DNA from: an uncultured virus (IMG/VR IMGVR_UViG_3300027416_000239)
Taxonomy: Duplodnaviria > Heunggongvirae > Uroviricota > Caudoviricetes
Length of the DNA stretch: 20,000 nt
Direction: 5' to 3' (one strand)
IMG/VR virus record: IMGVR_UViG_3300027416_000239
The first letter of the stretch is position 1. Each line of letters opens with the position of its first letter. Positions 8,501 to 16,782 of this stretch are shown piece after piece. The position numbers and the translations under genes are program-made. A model generated the notes under the pieces. That model saw only the letters and a program-made list of their open reading frames with translations, had not been told where the DNA came from and made no database searches.

Positions 8501-10396
8501 GGCAGCAAATGAGGCAGTAGTAGCGCTATTAGCAAAGAGTGCATGAGAAGCCGAGGTGCTTGTTGCAGCGTAAGAAGCGCTCAATGCATTAACTGCATGC
8601 GAAGCACTAGTAGCTGTAAGAGCGTAAGATGCTGAAGTAGATGTAAGTGAGTAAGATGCTGTTGTTGCATTAACTGCATAGACTGCATAAGAAGCGCTAT
8701 CAATTAATCCCACAAACTGACCGTAGAACGAACCACTGAATGATCCAGACATACCGGCTAGTAGCTCTACTGTAGGTTCAATACGTAAAGTATTAGCTTT
8801 GTTAGGAGAGATGTTAACACCAATAGCGTATGCTTGGTCTAAAGCGTTAACAGCAAACTTAATTGCTCCTACTACCTGACCTGAACCTGAGCCTGCATAA
8901 ATAATTGCAGTACCGGTCCCTGGATCGTACATTCCAATGGTAGATTTAGATCCTGAATCGTCTGCAACACTGTGGGCTACGAAACCTCCGTTATTCTCTG
9001 CGTAATAGTATCCGTCTAGGATAGTAGAGACATTACCTCCGTAGGACCTACTTACAAAGAATCCTTGAGAGCCTGAGATTTGATCTGTAGAACTCCAGAT
9101 TGCTATCTCATCTGTCTGACCTCCACTATCTCTAACATAACCCGGTACATATGAAGCAGTAAGGGCATAAGAAGAGCTAGTAGCACTTGAAGCATAAGAA
9201 GCACTTACTGCATTTAATACATAAGATGCTGTTACGGCATTTTCAATTACAGCAGTAATGGAGCCACTAAAGTTACCTTTAAATGAACCTGTTAGTTCTA
9301 CGTTACCTAACTGTAGGTTGTCTGCTACTGTGATTGCAGCTTTATTATCGGTAATTGCTACGTCTATGTTCCTAGCTGAACCTGTGATAGTTAACGCATC
9401 AGTTTTGAGGTTAACTAAATCGTTACCTGTAGATCCTGATAAAGCTAATGTAGAAGCAATTCCAGTTAAGTTAGAACCGTCTCCTTTGAATGAACCTGTT
9501 AAGTTAACATTAGATAAGGTTAGATTCTGTGATACGCTAATAGCAGCTTGATTGTTTGTAACAGCTACATCTACGTTATTGACCGAGCCTGTTATCTTTA
9601 AGGCATCAGTTTTCAAGTTAACTAAATCGTTACCTGTAGATCCTGACAGAGCTAATGTAGAAGCGATTCCAGTTAAGTTAGATCCATCACCTTGGAAAGA
9701 GCCTGAGAAGGATCCTGAGAATTCAGGAGATGTGATTTTACTTGTTGCTGTTATGGAGCCTGATATGTTGATAGACCCTGTGAATGCATGGTTATCATCA
9801 GCAGAGTCACCGAATTTTGTAGATCCCGATTGGTATATAATGGAAGCAGAAACGAACTCGGTATGAAATTCCTGTGCAGTTAATGTACCGGTAATAATTG
9901 CATCACCGTCTACATGTAATTTAGCAGTTGGATTGCTTATACCAATACCTAAGTTACCACTTGAGCTAATATAATATACTTCTGCTCCTCCAAAAGCTGC
10001 TCCATCTGTAGATGAGCTGTAGAATTGAAGCTGTGTTATATCACCGCCTGGTACTCCACCTACTCCTGTTAAGCCTGAGCCATCACCTTGGAATGAACCA
10101 CTGAATGAACCAGAGAATGGAAGTACTTTCCATGTAAGGCTAGCTGGTGTTGATACTACGCTAGGAGGTGGACCTGGGTCAAATGTTTGAGATGCAGCAA
10201 CCTTAGTGGCAATGTAAAACAGTTTTTCATCTTGTAGATACGCAATCTGCCCATCTTTTGCTCTTTCAAAAGGAATAGCAGCCATAGAAGCAGAATCAGC
10301 AACTGTAATCCAGCCACCTCTAATCTGCTCTATATACCCGAATGGATCATTAGTATCCCCCGGTCTAATATATACGTCACTAACTGTAATTGCCAT
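5555..10396 (-). CDS. Mosaic fibre protein (1613 aa) with SGSF, SASYA and VGIGT repeats, an internal beta-tulip-like domain and a C-terminal KSFVIDHP domain
   Basis: Long ORF with repeated SGSFSGSF, A.SASYA runs and five (V/L)G(I/L/V)G(T/I)xxP motifs. Ends in KSFVIDHP..PGKKLVYGVLEGPE, a domain I recognise from phage fibre C-termini. Confidence 0.85.
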   Translation of the reverse strand: MAITVSDVYIRPGDTNDPFGYIEQIRGGWITVADSASMAAIPFERAKDGQIAYLQDEKLFYIATKVAASQTFDPGPPPSVVSTPASLTWKVLPFSGSFSGSFQGDGSGLTGVGGVPGGDITQLQFYSSSTDGAAFGGAEVYYISSSGNLGIGISNPTAKLHVDGDAIITGTLTAQEFHTEFVSASIIYQSGSTKFGDSADDNHAFTGSINISGSITATSKITSPEFSGSFSGSFQGDGSNLTGIASTLALSGSTGNDLVNLKTDALKITGSVNNVDVAVTNNQAAISVSQNLTLSNVNLTGSFKGDGSNLTGIASTLALSGSTGNDLVNLKTDALTITGSARNIDVAITDNKAAITVADNLQLGNVELTGSFKGNFSGSITAVIENAVTASYVLNAVSASYASSATSSSYALTASYVPGYVRDSGGQTDEIAIWSSTDQISGSQGFFVSRSYGGNVSTILDGYYYAENNGGFVAHSVADDSGSKSTIGMYDPGTGTAIIYAGSGSGQVVGAIKFAVNALDQAYAIGVNISPNKANTLRIEPTVELLAGMSGSFSGSFYGQFVGLIDSASYAVYAVNATTASYSLTSTSASYALTATSASHAVNALSASYAATSTSASHALFANSATTASFAASSLTASYFTGSHIDFTPRVAGSEPAHRAGRVFYDATEGALAVYNDVADVTMQVGQEFWIRAINKSGNPILNGTPVRISGSTGDRPNIWPAVAENHIVSQFGRENHIIGVATNDIADNATGYITAQGIVRKLNTTAFTAGDTLYLQTGSAGFRNTPPPFPYDVVRVGWVTKVNAGNGLIFVEPKSPVHLRDIAVISGSENTVTYDVLVKNANGGFAPRHNNMILSGSFSGSFAGTIDRAVSSSHAIQADSASFAVTSSYALKAESVGQLNQDVVITGDLTVFGSSSFYHVTSSQLDVDSAFISVNVFEPIERFGGLRVYDSGSSDATASFAWDSLHDHWVYQNVSGSTYSGAMFMSGPRNTGSLGEEPTLTKWYVARSDGGDHLENSQIWSSGSDHIVYGDLFTTGTTSGSFVGDGSGLFGVAANPAGLDKSVQFKSGSVTGGASNFFYDHTSAKVGIGTASPTTTLEVAGIVTTKGHTLVGNYANFTSLPGAGIYSSNVSFDSGIGALLLASRTDAENVIAFGTNNGTSMGERMRITGVGRVGIGTTSPAALLTVSNTTDNGAAVRVQRTNALSGSYTELGTVGGSGRIESFNGNLTIGADASNTDSSSVIQFKVDNSEKVRITSTGNVGLGTTTPTSGSLQIYNTTGTNHIVFDGGASTANSYIGAFAGGMYLSTNYYYDSGHRNDIGSLRSMEIFMGDDLLQIATMPSGSPGTRTRVMVISGSQGYVGVGTTAPSAQLHVYSTGNGELEVQRASGALFNVQAQSSLAAIGTDSNHPLYLKTNAGTRAQISTGGALRLNNYGSGTQTGTATKSLAVDSSGNVIEIDVSSNGTGVANEVAFWKDTDTVSGSQALTWDGTTLSINGILEANEKSFVIDHPTQPGKKLVYGVLEGPEHAVYCRGKINGNVIELPEEWTGLVHEDSITVQLTSIGKHQNLYVVDVRDNRVFIKNGDLLTSKINAYYYIQGTRKDTKPLQTVRDK
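8480..8702 (-). repeat. Low-complexity ~9-residue (S/T)AS(Y/H/F)A repeat tract
   Basis: SASYAVYAVNATTASYSLTSTSASYALTATSASHAVNALSASYAATSTSASHA...; a shorter tract lies at about 9150-9240. Confidence 0.8.
9275..9703 (-). repeat. Tandem 207-bp (69-aa) intragenic duplication
   Basis: GDGSNLTGIASTLALSGSTGNDLVNLKTDAL occurs twice. The identical 30-mer gttaactaaatcgttacctgtagatcctga is at 9410-9439 and 9617-9646. Confidence 0.95.
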
Positions 10397-10410
10397 ATCT
10401 TATAAATTGT

Positions 10411-13400
10411 TTAAGGTAGTGTATCCCCGCTTGCTGCGATTGTCCATTCATTAGTACCAGTTGCTCCAGTTAAACCGTAAACAACACCCCATTCCGTATG
10501 TCCGTCTACTGCTACATCTGTAGTAAAATATAACACTCCGGCTGTTGTTACAGCAGGTGGTGTGGTTGCATAAGTGATTAATGCATGCTGTCCTGCAGGC
10601 ATAGTACTGAAGTCTGATCCTAAGTACATTGTGTTAGGTAAGCTTGGGAGTGCAGAAGAAGATGGGAATAGGAATAGAGGTTGGCTACCGGCTGCATCTT
10701 GTGTTATAGTTCCTAATGTCTTAATTTCTAATAGGTCTGCTACAGTACCGTCTGTTTTCGGTGTTGCTGTACCTTGCCCCGATACTGTGATTGGATCTCC
10801 GATATTACCAGCAATCCATTCAGCTAACGGATAGTCCGGGTTCGCATAGTCGTACTGTTCGTAGAATTGAGCTCCGATAGCTGCAAGTGCTTGCGCCTCT
10901 GTATTATCGAGGTTAGATCTATTAATTGTATTAATATAGATGTAGACTGGTGTTGTTCCTGTACTTTGCACGGTAACTGTTTTAGTTTCTGTTGTTGTTT
11001 TATTGAAACTATCTCTAGCAGTAAGTTCTACTTCATAGCTTCCAGCTCCTAATCCTGCTCCATCTACATTAATATTATAGGTCTTAGTGTAAGATGTAGC
11101 TCCTGTCTGTACTAATGCAAAACTGCCAGAGTTAGCTCCTCCTGTTATAGTAATAGATAGGATTGAATCAAGAGATTGTGGGTCTGTGGCTGTTACTGTA
11201 CCTACAGTATTTCCTACGTTTGCCGATCCTGATACTACTGATAAACCTGTGTAAGATAAGGTAGGAGCTGCATTAGCAGTAACTTGAACTGGTACCAGTA
11301 CTTCAGAAGATACCCCGTAAGCGTTGGTAGCTACAACGTACTCCTGAATTAAGTTATAAGGAGCACCTGAGGCGTTCTTAGCAGAACCGCTGATATTAGC
11401 TTTAACTGATAATCCTCCATTACTATCGATGGCTAAGTACGTACTAGGTGATTTAATACTCCAGGTTACATCTTGGTTAGTATTCATATCGGCTTGTACT
11501 CCGGTATATCCGTCACTATTAACTACCACCTGAGAGGCGCTGAGTGCACTTTCAATAATATAGAAGTTAACGGCATTTTTAATAGGTACGTCCGGTGCTG
11601 CTAAAGTAATATTAACTGGGATTGGAGTAACTGTTGTAAGTCCGAATGAATCTGTAGCAGAACCTGTTAGGTTATAAGATCCTGATGTTAGATTCTGTGT
11701 TGTATGTACTGCATACAGTGCTGTGGTGGCTGTAGAGCTTGCTAGTGAAGCAGAAAACTTACTAGCATCAGTACCGGATAATGTGAAGGATACAATGCTA
11801 TCATCTTGAGGATCAGCGATTGAAGCAGATCCGATTACTTCATTGTTTTCAGCATCAGATACATCCTTAGTAAAACCTGTTAAGCTAACTGTAGGAGGTA
11901 GGTTTTCAGCTACTGCAATAGTAAATGCTGCTTTAGCAATTTGATTGTAAGCATCACTACCGGTAACACTAAATGAGTAGCTTCCGCTGTTTAATGCTGC
12001 AGAAGAGGAAACTGTATACACTCTGGTAGAGCCTGCAGTTCCTGCTGAGAATGTAAAGCTACCTACGTCTGGTCCGTTAAAGTCTGTTAACGAAACGTTG
12101 CCCAGAGATTGCGGATCAGAAATTGTGATGGTTCCAAAGCCTGTAGCTGTAGTAGTTTTATTATTATTTTTACCTGCTAAAGTATTCGTAATAACAGGAT
12201 CTAAATCATCTACTACTGCCACACTAAAGGGAAGAGATCTAGAAGCACCAAAGGTGTTAGTTGCTACTACTTCATCGGTAATTGTATTACCAGCCTGCTT
12301 GGCAGAGCCGCTGATGTGTACTTTAGCTGATAACTTACCGTTAGAATCAATAGCTAAATATGTTCCATTTGTTAAGCTCCATGTTACAGCTTGGTTTGTT
12401 GTAAACTGTGCTTGTGTGCCTGAGAATCCGGTGGTACTATTGTATACAAAAGCGCCACTTACAGCACTTTCGATGATGTAAAATGGATCGTTTGAGTCAG
12501 GAATAGAAGGAGCCTGTACTGTAGCTGTTACCGGGATAGGTTTAATTGTTGTGAATCCAAATCCATCTACAGCTGATCCTGTTAGATTATATGTACCTGA
12601 TGTTAGGCTTTCTGCAGTCTTGATAAGATATACGTACTCGTTTCCAACCTGTCCGTTAGGTACAGCATCAAATTTAGCAGCATCAGTACCGGTAAAGTTG
12701 AAGGATGCGATGCCGTCTATTCCGCTATCTCCATCGTTAACTTGTACGTAACCTAACGTAGATCCAGAAACTGCTTGAGCAATGTCCGGTTGATAGGATG
12801 TAACTGTGGAGGATCCACTATATAGTCCAATGACTGGAGGATTATTAGCAAAGACCGATACTGTAAAGCTTTGAGAGGTAAATTGTCCGTAAGAGTCGCT
12901 AGCTGTAACTCCTACTATATAGCTTCCGCTATTTAAAGCTTGAGAAGAAGAGAATGGATACAGTACACTCTGTCCTGCTGACTGGCTTACGAATATAAAT
13001 TTATCCCCATCGGGGCCGCCAATACCTACAAGTTGTACGTTTTCAATTGATTGAGGATCAAAAACTAAGATGTTTCCAAAGCCTGCTGCTCCATCTTTAG
13101 TGTAGTAGTTGTTAAGGAAGCTTAAATTCGGAGAGATCGATGCTCCAACGTTATCTGTTATAGTTACACTTATATTATTCTCTTTATAGAGACCGTAGGT
13201 GTTAGTAGCTCTTACTACTCCTGAGAGTACGCTACCATTTTGGTAGGCTGAGCCACTTAGATTATCTTTTAGAGTAATGTACCCAACTGCACTACCTGAG
13301 ATTGCTAGCTTTCCACTTAAGTCATCTGATAAGGACCAGCTAACGGGCTGGTTAGTAGTCATTGTGGCTACTGTTCCTGCAATTCCGCTTGTTGCTGTAG

Positions 13401-16400
13401 TTACACTAGCTCCAGTTAATGCACTTTCTATAACATAGAATGTACCGTTAGGAGAAGGCAGTGAAGGAGTAGTAGCAGATAGTGTGTTAGGAATTGCTAA
13501 AGATCCTGTGAATGCAAAATTATCTGTTGCAGAAGCTGTAATATTGTATGTACCTGTAAATGGAGGTGTTGTATTAAAGTTAACAGCCCACTTCTCATTA
13601 CCTGTTCCTGATCCTTGACCTCTAGCACTCAGTCCTCCCATATTGGAAGATATTCTATTTACTGCAAAGTAACTGGCATCAGGTCCTGACAGAGTAAATG
13701 TATCAATAGCATCACCAGCGTTATCTGTTACAGTAATACTGCCGTAGATAGACCCTGATGAGTAGTTTTGTATCTGCCCACTAAATGGTAAGAACACTGT
13801 TAAGACTGGTGCTGTGTTAGCATCAATTACTAATGTAGAAGAGGCTGATGCTTCGTTGCCGTATAGGTCACTGCCGGTAAAGTTTAGTACGTAGCTTCCA
13901 CTGTTTAGAGCTTGAGTAGTATAGATCTTGTAGTAACTTACTCCTGCAAGTTGATTATACAGAGAAGAAGAGAAGAAAGAAGGATTAGTTCCCCCAAATG
14001 TATGAATAGTAGGAGGTCCTGCAGGATCTGCTTGTTCGTTAATGTAAACTTCTCCAATATAAGCACCAGAAGCAGTAACAAAGCTAGCTGCTTTTGGGGA
14101 ATAGTTAGTTATATCTGATGTACTAATGGTTGGACCTGTATTGTCAAGTACGGTTACTGTAAAGTCTCTTGTCTTATATCCTCCAGAAGTAGCATTTGCT
14201 GTTACTGTACCTGAAATAACTTTAGGTGCTTGGTATGTAGCACTACCGCTAAGATTAATCTTAATAAAGAGCTTACCTGTTAGAGGTTCAATATCTAATA
14301 CTGAGTTAGTCTGTATGGACCATGTTACTGACGTATTAGCTGTAAATGATGCTGATTCAAATACATTGTAGTAGTTACCTACGGGAGTATTAGTTGTAGT
14401 AGCTCCTCTAACATGAGAACCGCTTAATTCACTTTCTAAGATATAGAAAGGTTCGTTAGTTAAGATCTCAATACCAAAGCCTGGATCTGGGTAGAATACC
14501 TGCTCAAGGAATTGAGAGACTGTGGTAGTACCTGGATTATAGTTAACTAAGGTAGGAAGTAAAGGTTGTGTGATTGGCCTATCTCCGTCAAAGGTACTAG
14601 GTGTTGCTGAAGAGGATAGGCTTGCTAAAGAAGCAGAAATAGACCCCCAATCGTCAATATACGAATCTGTTGAATCTAGGTTACCCAGTACATTAAGAGA
14701 CCCGGTGAAGGTATGTGTATCATCAACAGTGTCACCGAATTTTGTTGAACCGGATTCGTATATCACTGCAGCGGTTACATACTCTGTATGAAATTCCTGC
14801 GCTGTTATAGTTCCTCCTACAGTTAGGTTACCGGTAAACTCTCCCGAACCGTTGATACGTAGAGCAGAAGCTGTAATAGCTGTGCTTGTAGAGTTTCCGT
14901 TTACAGTAACTTGCTGTAAGTTTAATGTAGAGCTGGCTGCACCAATATCTGATAGTACTTGAGCTCCTGTTCTGTAAAGTACATCACCTGTACTGCCGTG
15001 TACTAGAAATTTATCTGTATCAAGTCCGCTCTGCAGTACGTTACTCAGTCTTAAGTCAGATCCACTGATGGTTCCTACCTGTATACTGTTAGTGGTGATA
15101 CTGCCGTTATCTGTTACAGAATCTAGTGTAGGATCTCCAGAGCCAATTGCACCGATATCCGAGCGTACTTGAGCTCCTGTTCTATACTTTACACTACCTG
15201 TAGTATCTATTACTAAAAACTTGTCAGGATCGGTACCGTAGTTATCTACAACGTTAATGCTTAGTCTACTTCCTACAAAAAAGTTACTACTTACTAGCCC
15301 CTGTCCTTGTATTGAAAGTGTTGAACCTGTGATAGGTCCTACGGACATACCTAGCGCAGAGGTGTTACCTGAGGATAGTACCTGTGCTAGAGTAGGAACT
15401 GCGATCTGTGCTCCAATATCAGAAGCTAACTGTGCTCCTGTTCTATATTCAACAGTACCTCCGTTAGATACTAAGAATTTATCTGTGTCTACTGTAGCGT
15501 TTGTAATTGTTCCAATGCTAAGATCTTGACCTACAGAAACACTGCCTGTAACGTTAAAGGAATTTTCTCCAAAAGTTATTATTCTAGTTGGGGATGCTCC
15601 TGAGTTACTGTCAAACCATATACTGAAAATACCTCCGTCTGGGTCGATAATTCTTAATGATTGACCGCCTACTTCTAGGTAGGGATCTCCTGTAAGATTT
15701 AAAGACTGTATCTTAACAGGGTAATCACTGTTAGCTGCTACATGTAGAGTATTAGTTGGAGAGCTTGTTCCAATACCGATGCTCGAACCTGTGATTGTAT
15801 TACCAATAGCAGCTGCTTGTTCTAGTGATATACCGCTTGATGCATCTTGAATAGTAGATAAAGAAGCTGATATCGATCCCCAGTCGTTAATGTATGCGTC
15901 TGAAGATGATATGGTTTCTGTTACAGTTACTGATCCTGTGAATGCATGAGTATCGTCTGAAGTATCGCCAAATTTAGTAGAGCCAGACTGATAAATAATT
16001 GATGCACTTACAAATTCTGTATGAAACTCCTTAGCTGTTACTATTCCTTGTACTGTAAGGTCCTGTCTTACTAAAAATGCATCAGCAGACGATGCTGTCG
16101 CAGCATAAGATGCGCTTAATGTATTTTGAGCAAATGATGCACTTATAGAAGATGTAACACTAGTGATAATAATATCAAATGTAGTGCCGTCTCCTTGAGT
16201 AAACGTAATAGTATCGTTGTTTACAGAGCCTGTGATCATAAAGCTACCGGTATCCAGACTTAATGCTGCTGCAATAGAAGCAGATACGTTTGTAATACCT
16301 TCAATAGCAAGGCTTCCGCTAATTATAACATCCTGAGATCCGGAGAAAAAGGCAACCGGTTCTCCTTCAACGTAGAGAACGACTTGCCCGTACTCTGTAC

Positions 16401-16446
16401 GGTTAAGGTTGTTAGGATGTAAACCTATGTACGTTTTATTGCTCAT
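10411..16446 (-). CDS. Giant fibre/adhesin (2011 aa): fibre-repeat N-terminal third, cadherin/Ig-like array, unique C-terminal domain
   Basis: Long S/T/G-rich ORF with no signal peptide. Repeats of about 100 aa with DN.xP.I / N.xP.(L/I/V) linkers and VGTVTATDP, YEVELTARD motifs. Confidence 0.85.
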   Translation of the reverse strand: MSNKTYIGLHPNNLNRTEYGQVVLYVEGEPVAFFSGSQDVIISGSLAIEGITNVSASIAAALSLDTGSFMITGSVNNDTITFTQGDGTTFDIIITSVTSSISASFAQNTLSASYAATASSADAFLVRQDLTVQGIVTAKEFHTEFVSASIIYQSGSTKFGDTSDDTHAFTGSVTVTETISSSDAYINDWGSISASLSTIQDASSGISLEQAAAIGNTITGSSIGIGTSSPTNTLHVAANSDYPVKIQSLNLTGDPYLEVGGQSLRIIDPDGGIFSIWFDSNSGASPTRIITFGENSFNVTGSVSVGQDLSIGTITNATVDTDKFLVSNGGTVEYRTGAQLASDIGAQIAVPTLAQVLSSGNTSALGMSVGPITGSTLSIQGQGLVSSNFFVGSRLSINVVDNYGTDPDKFLVIDTTGSVKYRTGAQVRSDIGAIGSGDPTLDSVTDNGSITTNSIQVGTISGSDLRLSNVLQSGLDTDKFLVHGSTGDVLYRTGAQVLSDIGAASSTLNLQQVTVNGNSTSTAITASALRINGSGEFTGNLTVGGTITAQEFHTEYVTAAVIYESGSTKFGDTVDDTHTFTGSLNVLGNLDSTDSYIDDWGSISASLASLSSSATPSTFDGDRPITQPLLPTLVNYNPGTTTVSQFLEQVFYPDPGFGIEILTNEPFYILESELSGSHVRGATTTNTPVGNYYNVFESASFTANTSVTWSIQTNSVLDIEPLTGKLFIKINLSGSATYQAPKVISGTVTANATSGGYKTRDFTVTVLDNTGPTISTSDITNYSPKAASFVTASGAYIGEVYINEQADPAGPPTIHTFGGTNPSFFSSSLYNQLAGVSYYKIYTTQALNSGSYVLNFTGSDLYGNEASASSTLVIDANTAPVLTVFLPFSGQIQNYSSGSIYGSITVTDNAGDAIDTFTLSGPDASYFAVNRISSNMGGLSARGQGSGTGNEKWAVNFNTTPPFTGTYNITASATDNFAFTGSLAIPNTLSATTPSLPSPNGTFYVIESALTGASVTTATSGIAGTVATMTTNQPVSWSLSDDLSGKLAISGSAVGYITLKDNLSGSAYQNGSVLSGVVRATNTYGLYKENNISVTITDNVGASISPNLSFLNNYYTKDGAAGFGNILVFDPQSIENVQLVGIGGPDGDKFIFVSQSAGQSVLYPFSSSQALNSGSYIVGVTASDSYGQFTSQSFTVSVFANNPPVIGLYSGSSTVTSYQPDIAQAVSGSTLGYVQVNDGDSGIDGIASFNFTGTDAAKFDAVPNGQVGNEYVYLIKTAESLTSGTYNLTGSAVDGFGFTTIKPIPVTATVQAPSIPDSNDPFYIIESAVSGAFVYNSTTGFSGTQAQFTTNQAVTWSLTNGTYLAIDSNGKLSAKVHISGSAKQAGNTITDEVVATNTFGASRSLPFSVAVVDDLDPVITNTLAGKNNNKTTTATGFGTITISDPQSLGNVSLTDFNGPDVGSFTFSAGTAGSTRVYTVSSSAALNSGSYSFSVTGSDAYNQIAKAAFTIAVAENLPPTVSLTGFTKDVSDAENNEVIGSASIADPQDDSIVSFTLSGTDASKFSASLASSTATTALYAVHTTQNLTSGSYNLTGSATDSFGLTTVTPIPVNITLAAPDVPIKNAVNFYIIESALSASQVVVNSDGYTGVQADMNTNQDVTWSIKSPSTYLAIDSNGGLSVKANISGSAKNASGAPYNLIQEYVVATNAYGVSSEVLVPVQVTANAAPTLSYTGLSVVSGSANVGNTVGTVTATDPQSLDSILSITITGGANSGSFALVQTGATSYTKTYNINVDGAGLGAGSYEVELTARDSFNKTTTETKTVTVQSTGTTPVYIYINTINRSNLDNTEAQALAAIGAQFYEQYDYANPDYPLAEWIAGNIGDPITVSGQGTATPKTDGTVADLLEIKTLGTITQDAAGSQPLFLFPSSSALPSLPNTMYLGSDFSTMPAGQHALITYATTPPAVTTAGVLYFTTDVAVDGHTEWGVVYGLTGATGTNEWTIAASGDTLP
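10960..14460 (-). repeat. Higher-order array of cadherin-like domains (three 3-domain units plus a partial fourth)
   Basis: FY(I/V)(L/I)ES anchors at 14431-14448, 13423-13440, 12466-12483 and 11548-11565, with spacings of 336, 319 and 306 aa. Confidence 0.8.
14880..15490 (-). repeat. Three copies of DxDKFLV..G.V.YRTGAQ..SDIGA, each followed by an L..V...G(N/S) motif
   Basis: Copies at about 15410-15490, 15148-15231 and 14938-15021. Confidence 0.9.
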
Positions 16447-16451
16447 CTATC

Positions 16452-16781
16452 TTAGGTTGTTTCCATCATTGATATAACTACATCTGCTGAAGAAGATACG
16501 TTAGAAGCCACTTGTAAAACATCTGTAGTTTCTAGTACTACTTTTTGATCTCCTCCTACAACAACTAAACTTCCTCCTGCTGCAATAATACCGTCTTTAA
16601 GTAAGTATGCGGTAACACCTGCAGAAGTATCTACTACCTCAGCATCTACTGTGATAGTAGCTGCAGTACGGTTAGCAATTGCCATACCGATTACAGTTGT
16701 AGTTGTAGAAGCAGGAACAGTATAACCTTCGGCTACTGGACCTATTGCTGCTATTACTTTGTTTTTGAATGTGTTTGCCAT
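16452..16781 (-). CDS. Small phage structural / fibre adaptor-like protein, MANTFKN type (109 aa)
   Basis: MANTFKNK..YTVPASTTTTVIG..IAN..KVVLETTD pattern, which I recall from aquatic phage structural regions. 1-nt gap to the upstream gene. Confidence 0.75.
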   Translation of the reverse strand: MANTFKNKVIAAIGPVAEGYTVPASTTTTVIGMAIANRTAATITVDAEVVDTSAGVTAYLLKDGIIAAGGSLVVVGGDQKVVLETTDVLQVASNVSSSADVVISMMETT

Positions 16782-16782
16782 C

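Noticed and set aside
10411..16446. Bacterial secreted adhesin (autotransporter, RTX or T9SS cargo)
   Set aside because: No signal peptide, RTX nonapeptides or recognisable secretion C-terminal domain. It shares modules with neighbouring phage fibre genes.
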